From an uncultured Gammaproteobacteria bacterium (GTDB lineage Bacteria; Patescibacteriota; Patescibacteriia; Magasanikbacterales; GWA2-37-8), in assembly GCA_964596525.1 (NCBI GenBank), contig CAZQUL010000001.1, positions 742,509-806,508 of the forward strand: a DNA stretch of 64,000 nucleotides, read 5' to 3'. Below the pieces are notes generated by a model. The model had not been told where the DNA came from. It ran no database searches and worked only from the letters and a program-made list of their open reading frames with translations. Below are positions 19,688 to 28,808 of this stretch, one piece after another. The position numbers and the translations under genes are program-made. The first letter of the stretch is position 1. The number at the start of each line of letters is the position of its first letter.

Positions 19688-20986
19688 ATGATTTCACTTT
19701 CTTCACTTAAGAATCGTGAGGCCGCCGTCGCAGTCGTCGGTCTCGGATATGTCGGGTTGCCGCTCTCGGTGGCGCTCGCGCCGCACTTTGAGGTTATCGG
19801 TTTCGATATCCGTGCCAACCGCATCGAAGAGCTCAAACGTGCTGACGACGTGACGCTCGAAGTGAGTGTCGAAAAACTTCAGGCTGTAAAAATCGAATTC
19901 ACAACCGATCCCGAAGCGCTCAAACGTGCTCGTGTCATTATCTTGGCCATTCCCACCCCGGTGCGCGAGGGTAATGTGCCGGATTTAACGCTCGTCGAAA
20001 AAGCCACGGCGCTTGTGGGTAAATATCTGCAAAAAGACTCCATCGTCGTGTACGAATCCACGGTTTACCCTGGCGCGACCGAAGAGGTGTGCATTCCCAT
20101 TCTGGAGCGCGAATCTGGCCTTAAAATGGGTGCGGATTTCACCATCGGTTACTCACCCGAGCGCATCAACCCTGGTGACAAAGAACACACCATTGATAAA
20201 ATCACCAAAGTTGTAGCCGGGAGTGATGCGGCGACGCTTGAGGTGCTCACTGGCGTGTATGGTTCTTTCACGCAGATTTTCAAAGCCACTTCCATCAAAG
20301 TCGCTGAAGCGGCCAAAGTGATCGAAAATACTCAGCGCGATCTTAACATCGCGCTCATGAACGAGCTTACCATCATCTTCGAACGCATGGGTATTAGCAT
20401 TTATGACGTGCTTGCGGCGGCTGGCACCAAGTGGAACTTCCTCAAATTCACGCCCGGACTTGTGGGTGGGCACTGTATCGGGGTCGATCCGTACTACCTC
20501 ACCTTCAAATCCGAAGCGCTCGGGTACCGTCCCGAAGTCATCCTTGCCGGTCGGCGTATTAACGATGGTATGGGCCGCTGGATCATTACCGAAATCATGA
20601 AGCGCATTTCGCGGCTCGGTCATTGTCCCGGGACGCTTAAAGTGAGCATTCTCGGCATGACCTTCAAAGAAAACGTGCCCGATGTGCGCAACTCCAAAGT
20701 CGCGGATCTCTATCACGAACTGCGCTCCTATGGCCTAGAGCCGATCGTGTACGATCCATTAGCGGATGCTGCCGAAGTTAAGCATGAGTACGGCATCGAC
20801 CTCGCGCCGCAAGACGCTTTAGCTGGCTCTGAAGTGGTCATTGTTGCTGTGCCGCACAAACGTATCAAAGACCAATGGCCGGAGCTTAAAAAGCTATTTG
20901 CTGGTGCAGCTTTTGTCGCTGATATAAAACACACGCTTACGCCCGAAGACATGGCTGGTTTGAAGGCGCAGTATTGGACCTTGTAA
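19688..20986 (+). CDS. UDP-N-acetyl-hexosamine 6-dehydrogenase-like (WbpA/WecC/TviB-type nucleotide-sugar dehydrogenase)
   Basis: VVGLGYVGLPLSVALA ... GYSPERINPGD ... GGHCIGVDPYYL is closest to the UDP-GlcNAc/ManNAc dehydrogenase subfamily. Confidence 0.75.
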   Translation: MISLSSLKNREAAVAVVGLGYVGLPLSVALAPHFEVIGFDIRANRIEELKRADDVTLEVSVEKLQAVKIEFTTDPEALKRARVIILAIPTPVREGNVPDLTLVEKATALVGKYLQKDSIVVYESTVYPGATEEVCIPILERESGLKMGADFTIGYSPERINPGDKEHTIDKITKVVAGSDAATLEVLTGVYGSFTQIFKATSIKVAEAAKVIENTQRDLNIALMNELTIIFERMGISIYDVLAAAGTKWNFLKFTPGLVGGHCIGVDPYYLTFKSEALGYRPEVILAGRRINDGMGRWIITEIMKRISRLGHCPGTLKVSILGMTFKENVPDVRNSKVADLYHELRSYGLEPIVYDPLADAAEVKHEYGIDLAPQDALAGSEVVIVAVPHKRIKDQWPELKKLFAGAAFVADIKHTLTPEDMAGLKAQYWTL

Positions 20987-21010
20987 AAATAATCATCAAT
21001 AAAAAATCAA

Positions 21011-21060
21011 AAACACCCCGTTCACGAGGTGTTTTTGAATAGTCCCGAGCGAATCGGGAC
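21011..21060 (+). terminator. Two tandem terminator hairpins after the dehydrogenase operon
   Basis: acaccccgttcacgaggtgttttt is followed by gtcccgagcgaatcgggac. Confidence 0.55.
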
Positions 21061-21081
21061 AATAATGGAAACGCTGTTTGC

Positions 21082-21888
21082 CTAACCCGGCGTTACCGGT
21101 GGAAGCTCGCTGTATGCGTCAAGGGCGACGCTGGCCAGGATGAGCTGTTCGGTCTTCAATGCCGAATCCCTCTTTAATTTTTTCCAACCACCGAACAAGA
21201 AATCGATCTTGGCGATCTCTGCGGCCGAAAGTATGGCTAGTAGATCCAGCCAACCCGCTGGCGGTTCGTAGTCAGGCATGCCTTTTTTGATAATGTTTGC
21301 TCCTAGGCGTAGGTTGCCGATGATTTTGGCGAGCACTTCCCGGCGGAACGCCTGGTATGCATCCAAGAAACGATCGCTGTAAACTTCGCAGATTGTCTCT
21401 TTATCGTCGGTATCTACGATCGGTAGGGCGCCATGAAAGCGGGCGATATCGCCCATGATATCGCTCATGAGCGACCGTGGTTCGCCTTGGTGCCAAGGAA
21501 CGACTGAAACGAACGCAGCTTCGGCCGCGCTCCATTCAAGTGTAGCGATGATTTCTTTCAGTATACCGACATTGTGCCCCTCATCGATATCGAGGCGGAC
21601 GATAACGTCGGGTGCGCCATCTTCGATCGCGAGAATCGCAGTATAGCCGTCGATGAGCGTGTGGGTTAGATGTCGGCGCTCCGCATACTGCACGAGTGGC
21701 ACGATGTCTTCGAGATCCGGCTCTCCAGCGTTGATAAGGTAGTACCGAACATCGATCTTATTGCCGTTCTCGCGATCGGTGTTAAGTTCGGCAACGGCCT
21801 GGTCCAGTCGACCGAAGAAGCGTGCTACCTGGAGCGCGCTCTCGTTGGAGCGCGGGGTCATGACAGCGATGCGTTTGATCGGTTTCAT
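21082..21888 (-). CDS. Hypothetical protein (possible GT-A-like nucleotide-sugar transferase with an RLDIDEGH acidic motif)
   Basis: A strong RBS (aaggaggg) precedes the ATG at 21888. I recognised no clear family. Confidence 0.5.
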   Translation of the reverse strand: MKPIKRIAVMTPRSNESALQVARFFGRLDQAVAELNTDRENGNKIDVRYYLINAGEPDLEDIVPLVQYAERRHLTHTLIDGYTAILAIEDGAPDVIVRLDIDEGHNVGILKEIIATLEWSAAEAAFVSVVPWHQGEPRSLMSDIMGDIARFHGALPIVDTDDKETICEVYSDRFLDAYQAFRREVLAKIIGNLRLGANIIKKGMPDYEPPAGWLDLLAILSAAEIAKIDFLFGGWKKLKRDSALKTEQLILASVALDAYSELPPVTPG

Positions 21889-21907
21889 GGTCGTTCCCTC
21901 CTTTTCT

Positions 21908-22855
21908 TCATCGTCCTTTGGTTGCGATCAGGATCGCCCCGATCGCCATGATGCAGCCGGCAACGATTCGGCTTTTGAAGCCCTGGCGTTCCTTCAGGAT
22001 GAAGTAGGCCAGGATAATCGTAAGCGGAATCTGCACGCGTTTGAGCGTCCCTACGTAGGGAACGATCGAATAGCGATAGGCGTAGTTACTGAAAAAGCAC
22101 GCGCCGGCCATAGCAAGGGTGCTCAGCGGTATCTTCCACGTTGTGCCTTCAAGCGGTGCGCCACGGTGTTCGCCGTGTGCAATGCTGATAAGCAGCGTTC
22201 CAAAACTCGCGATCGTCAGGACGCAGGCCATACCGAACGCGACGTTGGCGCGACGCGACATGAGTCCGTCGAAGTTGAGGCTGACGCTGCTGATCATGGC
22301 AGCGACAAAAGCAGCGCGTACACCCGGGCTTTTACCTAACACAAGAAACGGTGCGAACCAGATGCGTAGTTCCCGTTGCCAGCGCAACATGTCGTCTGTC
22401 GTGACTTTTTCGGCGAGCTTGGCTTTCACTTCGCCGATGTTGAGCGTGTAGGTGCCGATGATGAGAAGCCAGATGCCGAGCCAGCCTAAGCGTGTTGGAT
22501 ATTCACCGAGAATGATAAAACTGGTGAAGATTACCACGCCCGGTGTGGTCGAAGCAATCGGTGTCACGAGTGAGAGATTTTCGAGTGCCCTGGCACGCAT
22601 CCAACAATATGAGATTCCAACGTTAAGCACTCCGGTTATGAGCATAGGCACCACGAAGCCTCTTTCAATCTGTGCGCCGCCGGTTAAATAGGCGACGCAA
22701 AACAGAATGAGCGCTGCGCCGCCTTGCTGAATCGTGTTAAGAAGATTGCTGCAGGTCTTCCATTCTCCGTTTTGGAGTGTTTTAGTAACAATGTTGTAGG
22801 AGGCGAGGCAAAGGGCTCCGCCTAGCACCAAAAGAATGGCTCGGTGGTCCATCAT
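21908..22855 (-). CDS. EamA/DMT superfamily transporter
   Basis: A 10-TM hydrophobic protein with duplicated EamA-like halves. The start is at MMDHR, preceded by an RBS (aaggaaaa). Confidence 0.6.
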   Translation of the reverse strand: MMDHRAILLVLGGALCLASYNIVTKTLQNGEWKTCSNLLNTIQQGGAALILFCVAYLTGGAQIERGFVVPMLITGVLNVGISYCWMRARALENLSLVTPIASTTPGVVIFTSFIILGEYPTRLGWLGIWLLIIGTYTLNIGEVKAKLAEKVTTDDMLRWQRELRIWFAPFLVLGKSPGVRAAFVAAMISSVSLNFDGLMSRRANVAFGMACVLTIASFGTLLISIAHGEHRGAPLEGTTWKIPLSTLAMAGACFFSNYAYRYSIVPYVGTLKRVQIPLTIILAYFILKERQGFKSRIVAGCIMAIGAILIATKGR

Positions 22856-23046
22856 TTTTCCTTTGTCAACGTGCTGGTATCTCCATCTTTCGTCCGTGAA
22901 GATCTGTGTGTCGTTGCCGAAAGATGGTAAAAATACAGCGTACTCTAGCGCGTCCAAAGCTTTTTGTCAATGAACAGATGCTGCGTAAACGTTGCGTTCT
23001 TACCGTTTTTTAGGTTAAGCTAGAGTCCTAATTGCTTTTTTGGTGT

Positions 23047-23961
23047 ATGTCTCACTACGTCGTTACCGGCGGTGCCGGTTTTATTGGTACTAACTTAGTT
23101 AAACGCCTCCTGGACGACGGTCACCGCGTCCGCGTGGTCGACACTTTTGCGGGTGGTAAATTCCCCGATCGCATCCAAAGCGGAGCAGAATACCTGGAAA
23201 TCGATATCCGGGCGACGGATAAGCTGCGTGAAGTATTTCACGGTATCGATGGTGTGTTTCATTTGGCCGCTCTGCCGCGCGTGCTGTTTTCGGTTGAGCA
23301 TCCGGCCGAAACGCACGATGTCAATGTTAACGGCACTTTGAGCGTCCTTCTTGCCGCTCGTGATGCGAAGGTAAAACGCGTTGTCTTTGCCACATCGTCG
23401 TCGGCTTATGGCGATCAGACCGTCTATCCGCTTAAAGAAGAAGGGGTGGTTAAAAAACCACTCAGCCCCTACGGATTACACAAACTTATCGGCGAAGAAT
23501 ACTGCCGTGTATTTGCCGCACTCTATCCGCTCGAAACTGTATCGCTCTGCTACTTCAATGTCTACGGCCCGCACTTTGACCCGAACGGTCCGTACGCGCT
23601 CGTCATCGGCAAATTCATCTCGCAACGCTTGCAAAATCAACCCATGACAGTCCGTGGCGACGGCGAATTTTACCGCGATTACACGCATGTCTCGGACGTG
23701 GCGACGGCAACTTTTCTTGCCATGACCAAAGATACAGTCGGCAAGGGCGAGGTTATCAATGTCGGCTACGGTGAACCGCATTCAGTAAACGAACTCGTCA
23801 AACTTATCGGTGGCGAACATACGTTCGTGCCGTCTCTCCCGGGTGAAATGAAATTTACCCATGCAGACAATTCCAAAGCCCGTGCACTACTTGGATGGGA
23901 ACCAAAAGTTTCTCTTGCTCAAGGTGTCGCTGAGCTTAAAAAAATGTACGGATTGGAATAA
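23047..23961 (+). CDS. NAD-dependent epimerase/dehydratase (UDP-hexose 4-epimerase-like)
   Basis: YVVTGGAGFIGTNLV is followed by a YxxxK pair (YGLHKLIGE). Confidence 0.75.
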   Translation: MSHYVVTGGAGFIGTNLVKRLLDDGHRVRVVDTFAGGKFPDRIQSGAEYLEIDIRATDKLREVFHGIDGVFHLAALPRVLFSVEHPAETHDVNVNGTLSVLLAARDAKVKRVVFATSSSAYGDQTVYPLKEEGVVKKPLSPYGLHKLIGEEYCRVFAALYPLETVSLCYFNVYGPHFDPNGPYALVIGKFISQRLQNQPMTVRGDGEFYRDYTHVSDVATATFLAMTKDTVGKGEVINVGYGEPHSVNELVKLIGGEHTFVPSLPGEMKFTHADNSKARALLGWEPKVSLAQGVAELKKMYGLE

Positions 23962-24010
23962 TAATCGTTATTGCGAGACTTCGTTACGTCAAGATGAAGC
24001 AGTCTCGAGA

Positions 24011-24148
24011 ACTCGTCATTGCGAGCGCAGCGAAGCAATCCCTTCGTAATTCAAGGCACACTTTGTTATCAAGGGGATTGTCCGCCCGGCACGCCTTCTG
24101 CTGCCATGGCGGATGGGCTTCGTCGCTACGCTCCTCGCAATGACGTAC
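24011..24148. repeat. Imperfect palindromic intergenic element, copy 3 (gtcattgcgagcg...gaagcaatcc subfamily)
   Basis: cgtcattgcgagcgcagcgaagcaatccctt ... gggcttcgtcgctacgctcctcgcaatgacg. The arms are reverse complements of each other. Confidence 0.7.
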
Positions 24149-24204
24149 TCCTCAGGTTGGCCTCGTCTCCGTTGCCTCCGGTTCTCCCAGTGACAAAATC
24201 TGCA

Positions 24205-24245
24205 AAAATCAAAAAACGGAGGTGAGCTCCGTTTTTTGATTTGGA
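24205..24245 (-). terminator. Rho-independent terminator of rpmA
   Basis: The hairpin aacggagctcacctccgtt is followed by a T-tract when read on the minus strand. Confidence 0.65.
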
Positions 24246-24251
24246 TGCGGG

Positions 24252-24539
24252 TTATTTCTTTTCCGCTTTCACCACGTTGACGAATTTGGTCATTTTTTTC
24301 GTACCATCGAAACGAGTGCGTTTCCTGTTCACGAATTTGACCGTTCCTTCAGCCATGGAGAAAAGGGTGTCATCACCGCCGCGTTCGACGTTGATGCCCG
24401 GGTGGATTTTCGTACCGCGCTGGCGGACGATGACCACGCCCGGTTTGACGATTTCACCGTCGAATTTTTTGATGCCCAGGCGTTTGGCGATCGAATCACG
24501 ACCCAAACTGGTGGAACCACCGGCTTTTTTATGTGCCAT
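24252..24539 (-). CDS. rpmA: 50S ribosomal protein L27
   Basis: [16 protein letters not shown] ... is the canonical L27 N-terminus. Confidence 0.9.
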   Translation of the reverse strand: MAHKKAGGSTSLGRDSIAKRLGIKKFDGEIVKPGVVIVRQRGTKIHPGINVERGGDDTLFSMAEGTVKFVNRKRTRFDGTKKMTKFVNVVKAEKK

Positions 24540-24677
24540 ACGTTAGCTAAACAATGGGTAACGAGTGAAGATTTCTCGAAGATGGGCGTAGTATAGGGTT
24601 TAGGGTTTTTTTTGTCAATAGCGGCAGGCTTTAGTATACTGGACAAACACAGCTTATTTTTTCTCACAGTGCCACCT

Positions 24678-25862
24678 ATGGCAGGGCGTTTAGCTAAAAA
24701 ACGTACTATTTACCTTGATCATGCGGCTGGAACGCCGGTCCGGATCGAAGTAATGGCGGCGATGAAGCCGTATTTTAGCGCACGGTATGGTAATCCTTCG
24801 GCTTTGTATGGGGAGGGTGTTGTGGCTCACGAAGCCCTTGAAACGGCTCGTGCCACTATTGCTCGCATTATTCATGCTCAGCCGGAAAACCTTATTTTTA
24901 CCGGTGGGGGAACGGAATCGTGCAATCTGGCTGTTCTTGGTACGGCGCGTCGTCACAGCGCGCAAGGCAAACATATCATTACTACCGCCATCGAGCATCA
25001 TGCTGTTTTAAATAGCTGCCAGGCTCTTGAGCGCGAGGGGTTTGAGGTTACCTACCTTACACCCGATAGTGAAGGTCGTATTTCAGTTGAAGAAGTGCGT
25101 GCGGCTCTGCGCCCGAATACCATTCTTGTCTCGGTGATGATGGCGAACAACGAAATCGGCACCATCGAGCCCGTTGCGGAGATTGGTAAAATGTTGGTGC
25201 GCGAACGTAAAGAAAATGCCACTGCCTATCCGTATTTCCATACCGATGCTTGCCAAGCGGCTGGCTATTTACCTCTTGACGTGGAAAAACTCCACGTTGA
25301 CCTCATGACCGTGAACGCGGGTAAAATGTACGGACCGAAAGGCGTGGGTCTTTTGTATGTGCGCGCTGGCATTGAACTTGAACCGCTCATGTACGGCGGC
25401 GGCCAAGAAATGCATCGGCGTTCCGGTACCGAAAACGTACCGGGTATTGTGGGCTTCGCGCGGGCTTTCGAACTTGCTGACCGAGAAGCAGCTCGTGAGA
25501 CCAAACGCGTAACAACACTAGCCTCCTTTTTTGTCAAAGAACTGCAAAAACGATTTTCTGTTACAGTCAACGGCCCTGCGGTTGGGTCAGAGCGCTTGCC
25601 GAATAATATTAATGTCAGCTTTCCGCACATCGAAGCTGAAACGCTGCTCCTGTACTTGGACAGGTATGGTATAATGGCTGCGACTGGTTCGGCCTGTACG
25701 GCGCGGGCGGTGGATACGTCACACGTGTTACGCGCGATCGGTCTGTCGCCCGATGCAGCGAAGGGGAGCGTGCGGTTTACGCTAGGGAGGGAGAGTAAAA
25801 GAAATGATGTTAACTACGTCATCGCAGTCCTAAAAAAAGTGCTTTTACTTTTAAAACCGTAA
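24678..25862 (+). CDS. iscS: Cysteine desulfurase (NifS/IscS family, PLP-dependent)
   Basis: IYLDHAAGTP ... TGGGTESCN ... SGHKMYGPKGVG-like lysine region (NAGKMYGPKGVG) ... active-site Cys in ATGSACT. Confidence 0.85.
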   Translation: MAGRLAKKRTIYLDHAAGTPVRIEVMAAMKPYFSARYGNPSALYGEGVVAHEALETARATIARIIHAQPENLIFTGGGTESCNLAVLGTARRHSAQGKHIITTAIEHHAVLNSCQALEREGFEVTYLTPDSEGRISVEEVRAALRPNTILVSVMMANNEIGTIEPVAEIGKMLVRERKENATAYPYFHTDACQAAGYLPLDVEKLHVDLMTVNAGKMYGPKGVGLLYVRAGIELEPLMYGGGQEMHRRSGTENVPGIVGFARAFELADREAARETKRVTTLASFFVKELQKRFSVTVNGPAVGSERLPNNINVSFPHIEAETLLLYLDRYGIMAATGSACTARAVDTSHVLRAIGLSPDAAKGSVRFTLGRESKRNDVNYVIAVLKKVLLLLKP

Positions 25863-25872
25863 TACCATCGGT

Positions 25873-26445
25873 ATGCACGAAACAATGTCCGGAGATTTTT
25901 TAAAGAAAAACCAGACTCCTAAGGCCGAGAAGCGCAGCGAGTTTAGTCAATTTGTGGCTAAGATCGATTCTGATGCAAGCTTGAAAGATATGAGGGCTTC
26001 TCTTGAGAACTATATCCGAGAACATAATATCCAGAGCTTAGATTTGAGTCTTGTCCCGGCCACGCTTATGGATATTCAAGAAACCATTGCGCGTGGCGAG
26101 CTGCCTTCGATGGACCAGTTCGATAGCATTTCCAATGTTGAGCTGGCTAAGAAAATTAAAGACGCGGCAGCTTACGAATTGGCTTTTGCTTTGGGTAAGC
26201 ATGCGTCGCTCGAAGCTTTGGTTGGTGCTTTGGGCATGATAAGTGCGTTGAGCGAAGGTACTTTCAGCATTGCTATTGGCGGACCGAAAGTGGATGAAGT
26301 TGCGCGTGAAATTCAGCTTATCGCCAATATGAAGACGCAGGGCAAGAAGATCTTGCGTTCGACTATTGATAATTTGCCTGAAGATTTTGGTTTGCGCGGT
26401 CAGGTTAGTCAGCTGGTTGGCCACGAGCAGGTGCTAGAAGCCTGA
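25873..26445 (+). CDS. Hypothetical protein
   Basis: A clean ORF of host-like composition. I recognised no family. Confidence 0.45.
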   Translation: MHETMSGDFLKKNQTPKAEKRSEFSQFVAKIDSDASLKDMRASLENYIREHNIQSLDLSLVPATLMDIQETIARGELPSMDQFDSISNVELAKKIKDAAAYELAFALGKHASLEALVGALGMISALSEGTFSIAIGGPKVDEVAREIQLIANMKTQGKKILRSTIDNLPEDFGLRGQVSQLVGHEQVLEA

Positions 26446-26535
26446 GTGCCTTCATTTGCTAACATACTCTCTGTCTTAATCAATAAACAGTGTTCTCAAA
26501 ATTCATTTTGCGAATACCTATAAACGTTCAAACAT

Positions 26536-26850
26536 ATGCCCGACGGTTCCGCGCCGCAGCGCCAGATGTACGATGTGGATCTGGCCTGCGATGGCAAGCT
26601 CGATGATGGTTCGCCGTGCCCCGAGCGCATCACGAAGCTGCCCTTCATGCCAACTCCTGGTCGAAAAGTGTACTGTCGCACTCATAATCAAAAAATGCGC
26701 GCTGAGCGCCCACCGACCCAGCGGTTTGTTGGCCCGTGGACTTGCTCGGCATGCGGCGCTACCATCCCTGATCTGCCCTTCCAGCCCCGTTCCACTGAAA
26801 ACCTGCTCTGCCGCGATTGTCTTAATGCTCGCCAACAAAAGGCTGCCTAG
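26536..26850 (+). CDS. Small Cys-rich zinc-ribbon-like protein with an internal repeat
   Basis: Two repeated units (LPFMPTPGRKVYCRTH / LPFQPRSTENLLCRDC) plus a CSAC pair sit between iscS and mnmA. Confidence 0.5.
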   Translation: MPDGSAPQRQMYDVDLACDGKLDDGSPCPERITKLPFMPTPGRKVYCRTHNQKMRAERPPTQRFVGPWTCSACGATIPDLPFQPRSTENLLCRDCLNARQQKAA

Positions 26851-26870
26851 TACATACTTTGTTGCTTTTC

Positions 26871-26906
26871 AATAAGAGGACTCCCGGTCCTCTTATTGAT
26901 TTTTTC
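26871..26906 (+). terminator. Rho-independent terminator (11-bp perfect stem aataagaggac/gtcctcttatt plus T-tract)
   Basis: A perfect palindrome is followed by gatttttt. A TATAAT -10 box (at 26919) for mnmA follows. Confidence 0.7.
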
Positions 26907-26938
26907 GCTCATATACGGTATAATGCGCGGTACTTAGT

Positions 26939-28054
26939 ATGAAAAAACCCTCGTCAAAAATTCTTGTCGCTCTCTCAGGTGGTGTTGACTCAGCGGTCGC
27001 GGCCGCTCTTTTGGTGCGCGCAGGCCATGATGTAACGGCGGCCTACATGGTCAACTACGAAGGGAAAAACGAACGCGGCGAAGAATGCTTCGTGAGCGAA
27101 TATCGCGATGCGGTGCGGGTTGCGGCTGCACTCGGCATTCCCATCCTTAAATGGAATTTTGCCGCTGAATACCGTCGCGACGTTCTCGCGTATATGTACC
27201 GCGAATACGAAGCGGGTCGTACCCCCAATCCCGACGTGCTCTGCAATAAGTTCGTTAAATTTGGCGCCTGGCTCAAACGTGCTCGCGGCGAAGGATTCGA
27301 TTTTCTCGCGACTGGTCATTACGCCCGCCTTTCGGCCGATCATTCACTGCTTCAAGCTAAAGATTCGAACAAAGACCAAACATATTTTCTTTCCCAGCTG
27401 AGCCGTGACCAACTCCTGCATGTGTTGTTTCCGGTCGGCGACTATACCAAGCCCGAAGTGCGTGCTCTGGCCGAAAAATTCAAGCTGCCGGTCGCAACCA
27501 AAGAAGAAAGTATGGGTATTTGTTTTATCGGCGAGGTGCCAATGAAGCAATTTTTGCAAGAACGCATCAAACCGAATCCAGGCAACATTGTTCTTTCGTC
27601 CGGTGAAATCATCGGTCAGCATGACGGGTTGGCGTTTTATACCATCGGCCAGCGCCACCTTGGCACCCAGTTTAAACGCCCTGCTTCGACCGATAAGCAT
27701 GCTACCGAACCGCTTTATGTTGTTACCAAAAACTACGAACGCAACGAGCTTGTTATCGGTACTGCTACAGATCCGCTTCTCTATACCCAAAATTTTAATG
27801 TCATCGATGTCAATTGGATTGCCGGAGCGCCGCCGCAGTTCCCATTCAATTGCCAGGTACGTTTGCGCCATCGCCAAGAACTCCAGGATTGTACTATTAC
27901 GAACAATACCTTCTCAAACCGCGTGTCCGTCGGAAAACTCGTTTCTGCGGTTTCTGTTTCATGTAATTCTGCGCAACGTGCTGTTACTCCCGGGCAGTTC
28001 GCCGTCTTTTATCATGATGGGAAGTGTCTTGGTGGCGGCGTTATCACGGTCTAA
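26939..28054 (+). CDS. mnmA: tRNA-specific 2-thiouridylase MnmA
   Basis: ALSGGVDSAVAA is the PP-loop (SGGxDS), and the catalytic Cys residues are present. It lies next to a cysteine desulfurase. Confidence 0.85.
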   Translation: MKKPSSKILVALSGGVDSAVAAALLVRAGHDVTAAYMVNYEGKNERGEECFVSEYRDAVRVAAALGIPILKWNFAAEYRRDVLAYMYREYEAGRTPNPDVLCNKFVKFGAWLKRARGEGFDFLATGHYARLSADHSLLQAKDSNKDQTYFLSQLSRDQLLHVLFPVGDYTKPEVRALAEKFKLPVATKEESMGICFIGEVPMKQFLQERIKPNPGNIVLSSGEIIGQHDGLAFYTIGQRHLGTQFKRPASTDKHATEPLYVVTKNYERNELVIGTATDPLLYTQNFNVIDVNWIAGAPPQFPFNCQVRLRHRQELQDCTITNNTFSNRVSVGKLVSAVSVSCNSAQRAVTPGQFAVFYHDGKCLGGGVITV

Positions 28055-28099
28055 ATAAAAAGCCTTTTACCCGATGGTATCTCGAGAAAAGGCGGAAAA

Positions 28100-28636
28100 T
28101 TAGTCGGTTACCCCGGACGACTCAAAAACTTCCGAAGGGGCGGCGCTAACGGTAGCTACATGCAACGGAAAGACCGAACCATCCAGAAAATATGAGGCTG
28201 GGTCCATATGCGCAAGCCGGGAAAGAGCGTTAATGATCCGCCGGCTGCTTGCGTTCGGTTGGTTGATGGTTAAAAGAATGATAAGCGCGCGCTGGGAGTG
28301 CAGGATATGGAGGACCGCCAAGCAGACTTTGGCTGGCGGAGAAACGCGCTGCGCGTCATAGGTCTTTAAAGGTGCTGGCCGGTCACCGAGTCGGCGCCAG
28401 AGTTCTTGGATGATGAGGTTGGCAAGCTCAAGTGTAGTTGTGGCGATTTTTTGCAGTTGGTCGATGTCGAGTGTCAAAACAGTCCCGCCGCCCTGCAAAA
28501 GGCGCAAGCAGGTGCCGGTTAAGCCGGTGATCATAGCCAAATCGACGCCCGGCGGGGTTTGCAGATGAGTGCAACCGTTGCTCACCAGCGCGTCCATGAT
28601 TTCTACTATTTGTGCTGCTGCGTTATGGACGTACAT
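28100..28636 (-). CDS. Hypothetical protein
   Basis: An RBS (aaggaggg) precedes the ATG at 28636. Confidence 0.5.
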   Translation of the reverse strand: MYVHNAAAQIVEIMDALVSNGCTHLQTPPGVDLAMITGLTGTCLRLLQGGGTVLTLDIDQLQKIATTTLELANLIIQELWRRLGDRPAPLKTYDAQRVSPPAKVCLAVLHILHSQRALIILLTINQPNASSRRIINALSRLAHMDPASYFLDGSVFPLHVATVSAAPSEVFESSGVTD

Positions 28637-28808
28637 GACGCCCTCCTTACTTCGTTTTGCTCAGCTTCGCGTTTCAGGACTTCTTTATACGAGCGTAGTC
28701 CGAGAAAAATAGACTGTCAAGTTTTTATGGGTTTTTTAACCCATCGCGCCATCTTGTCAGAATTGTGCGTGTTGTTACACTGAGAATATAATTTCTTAAA
28801 ATCGAGGT

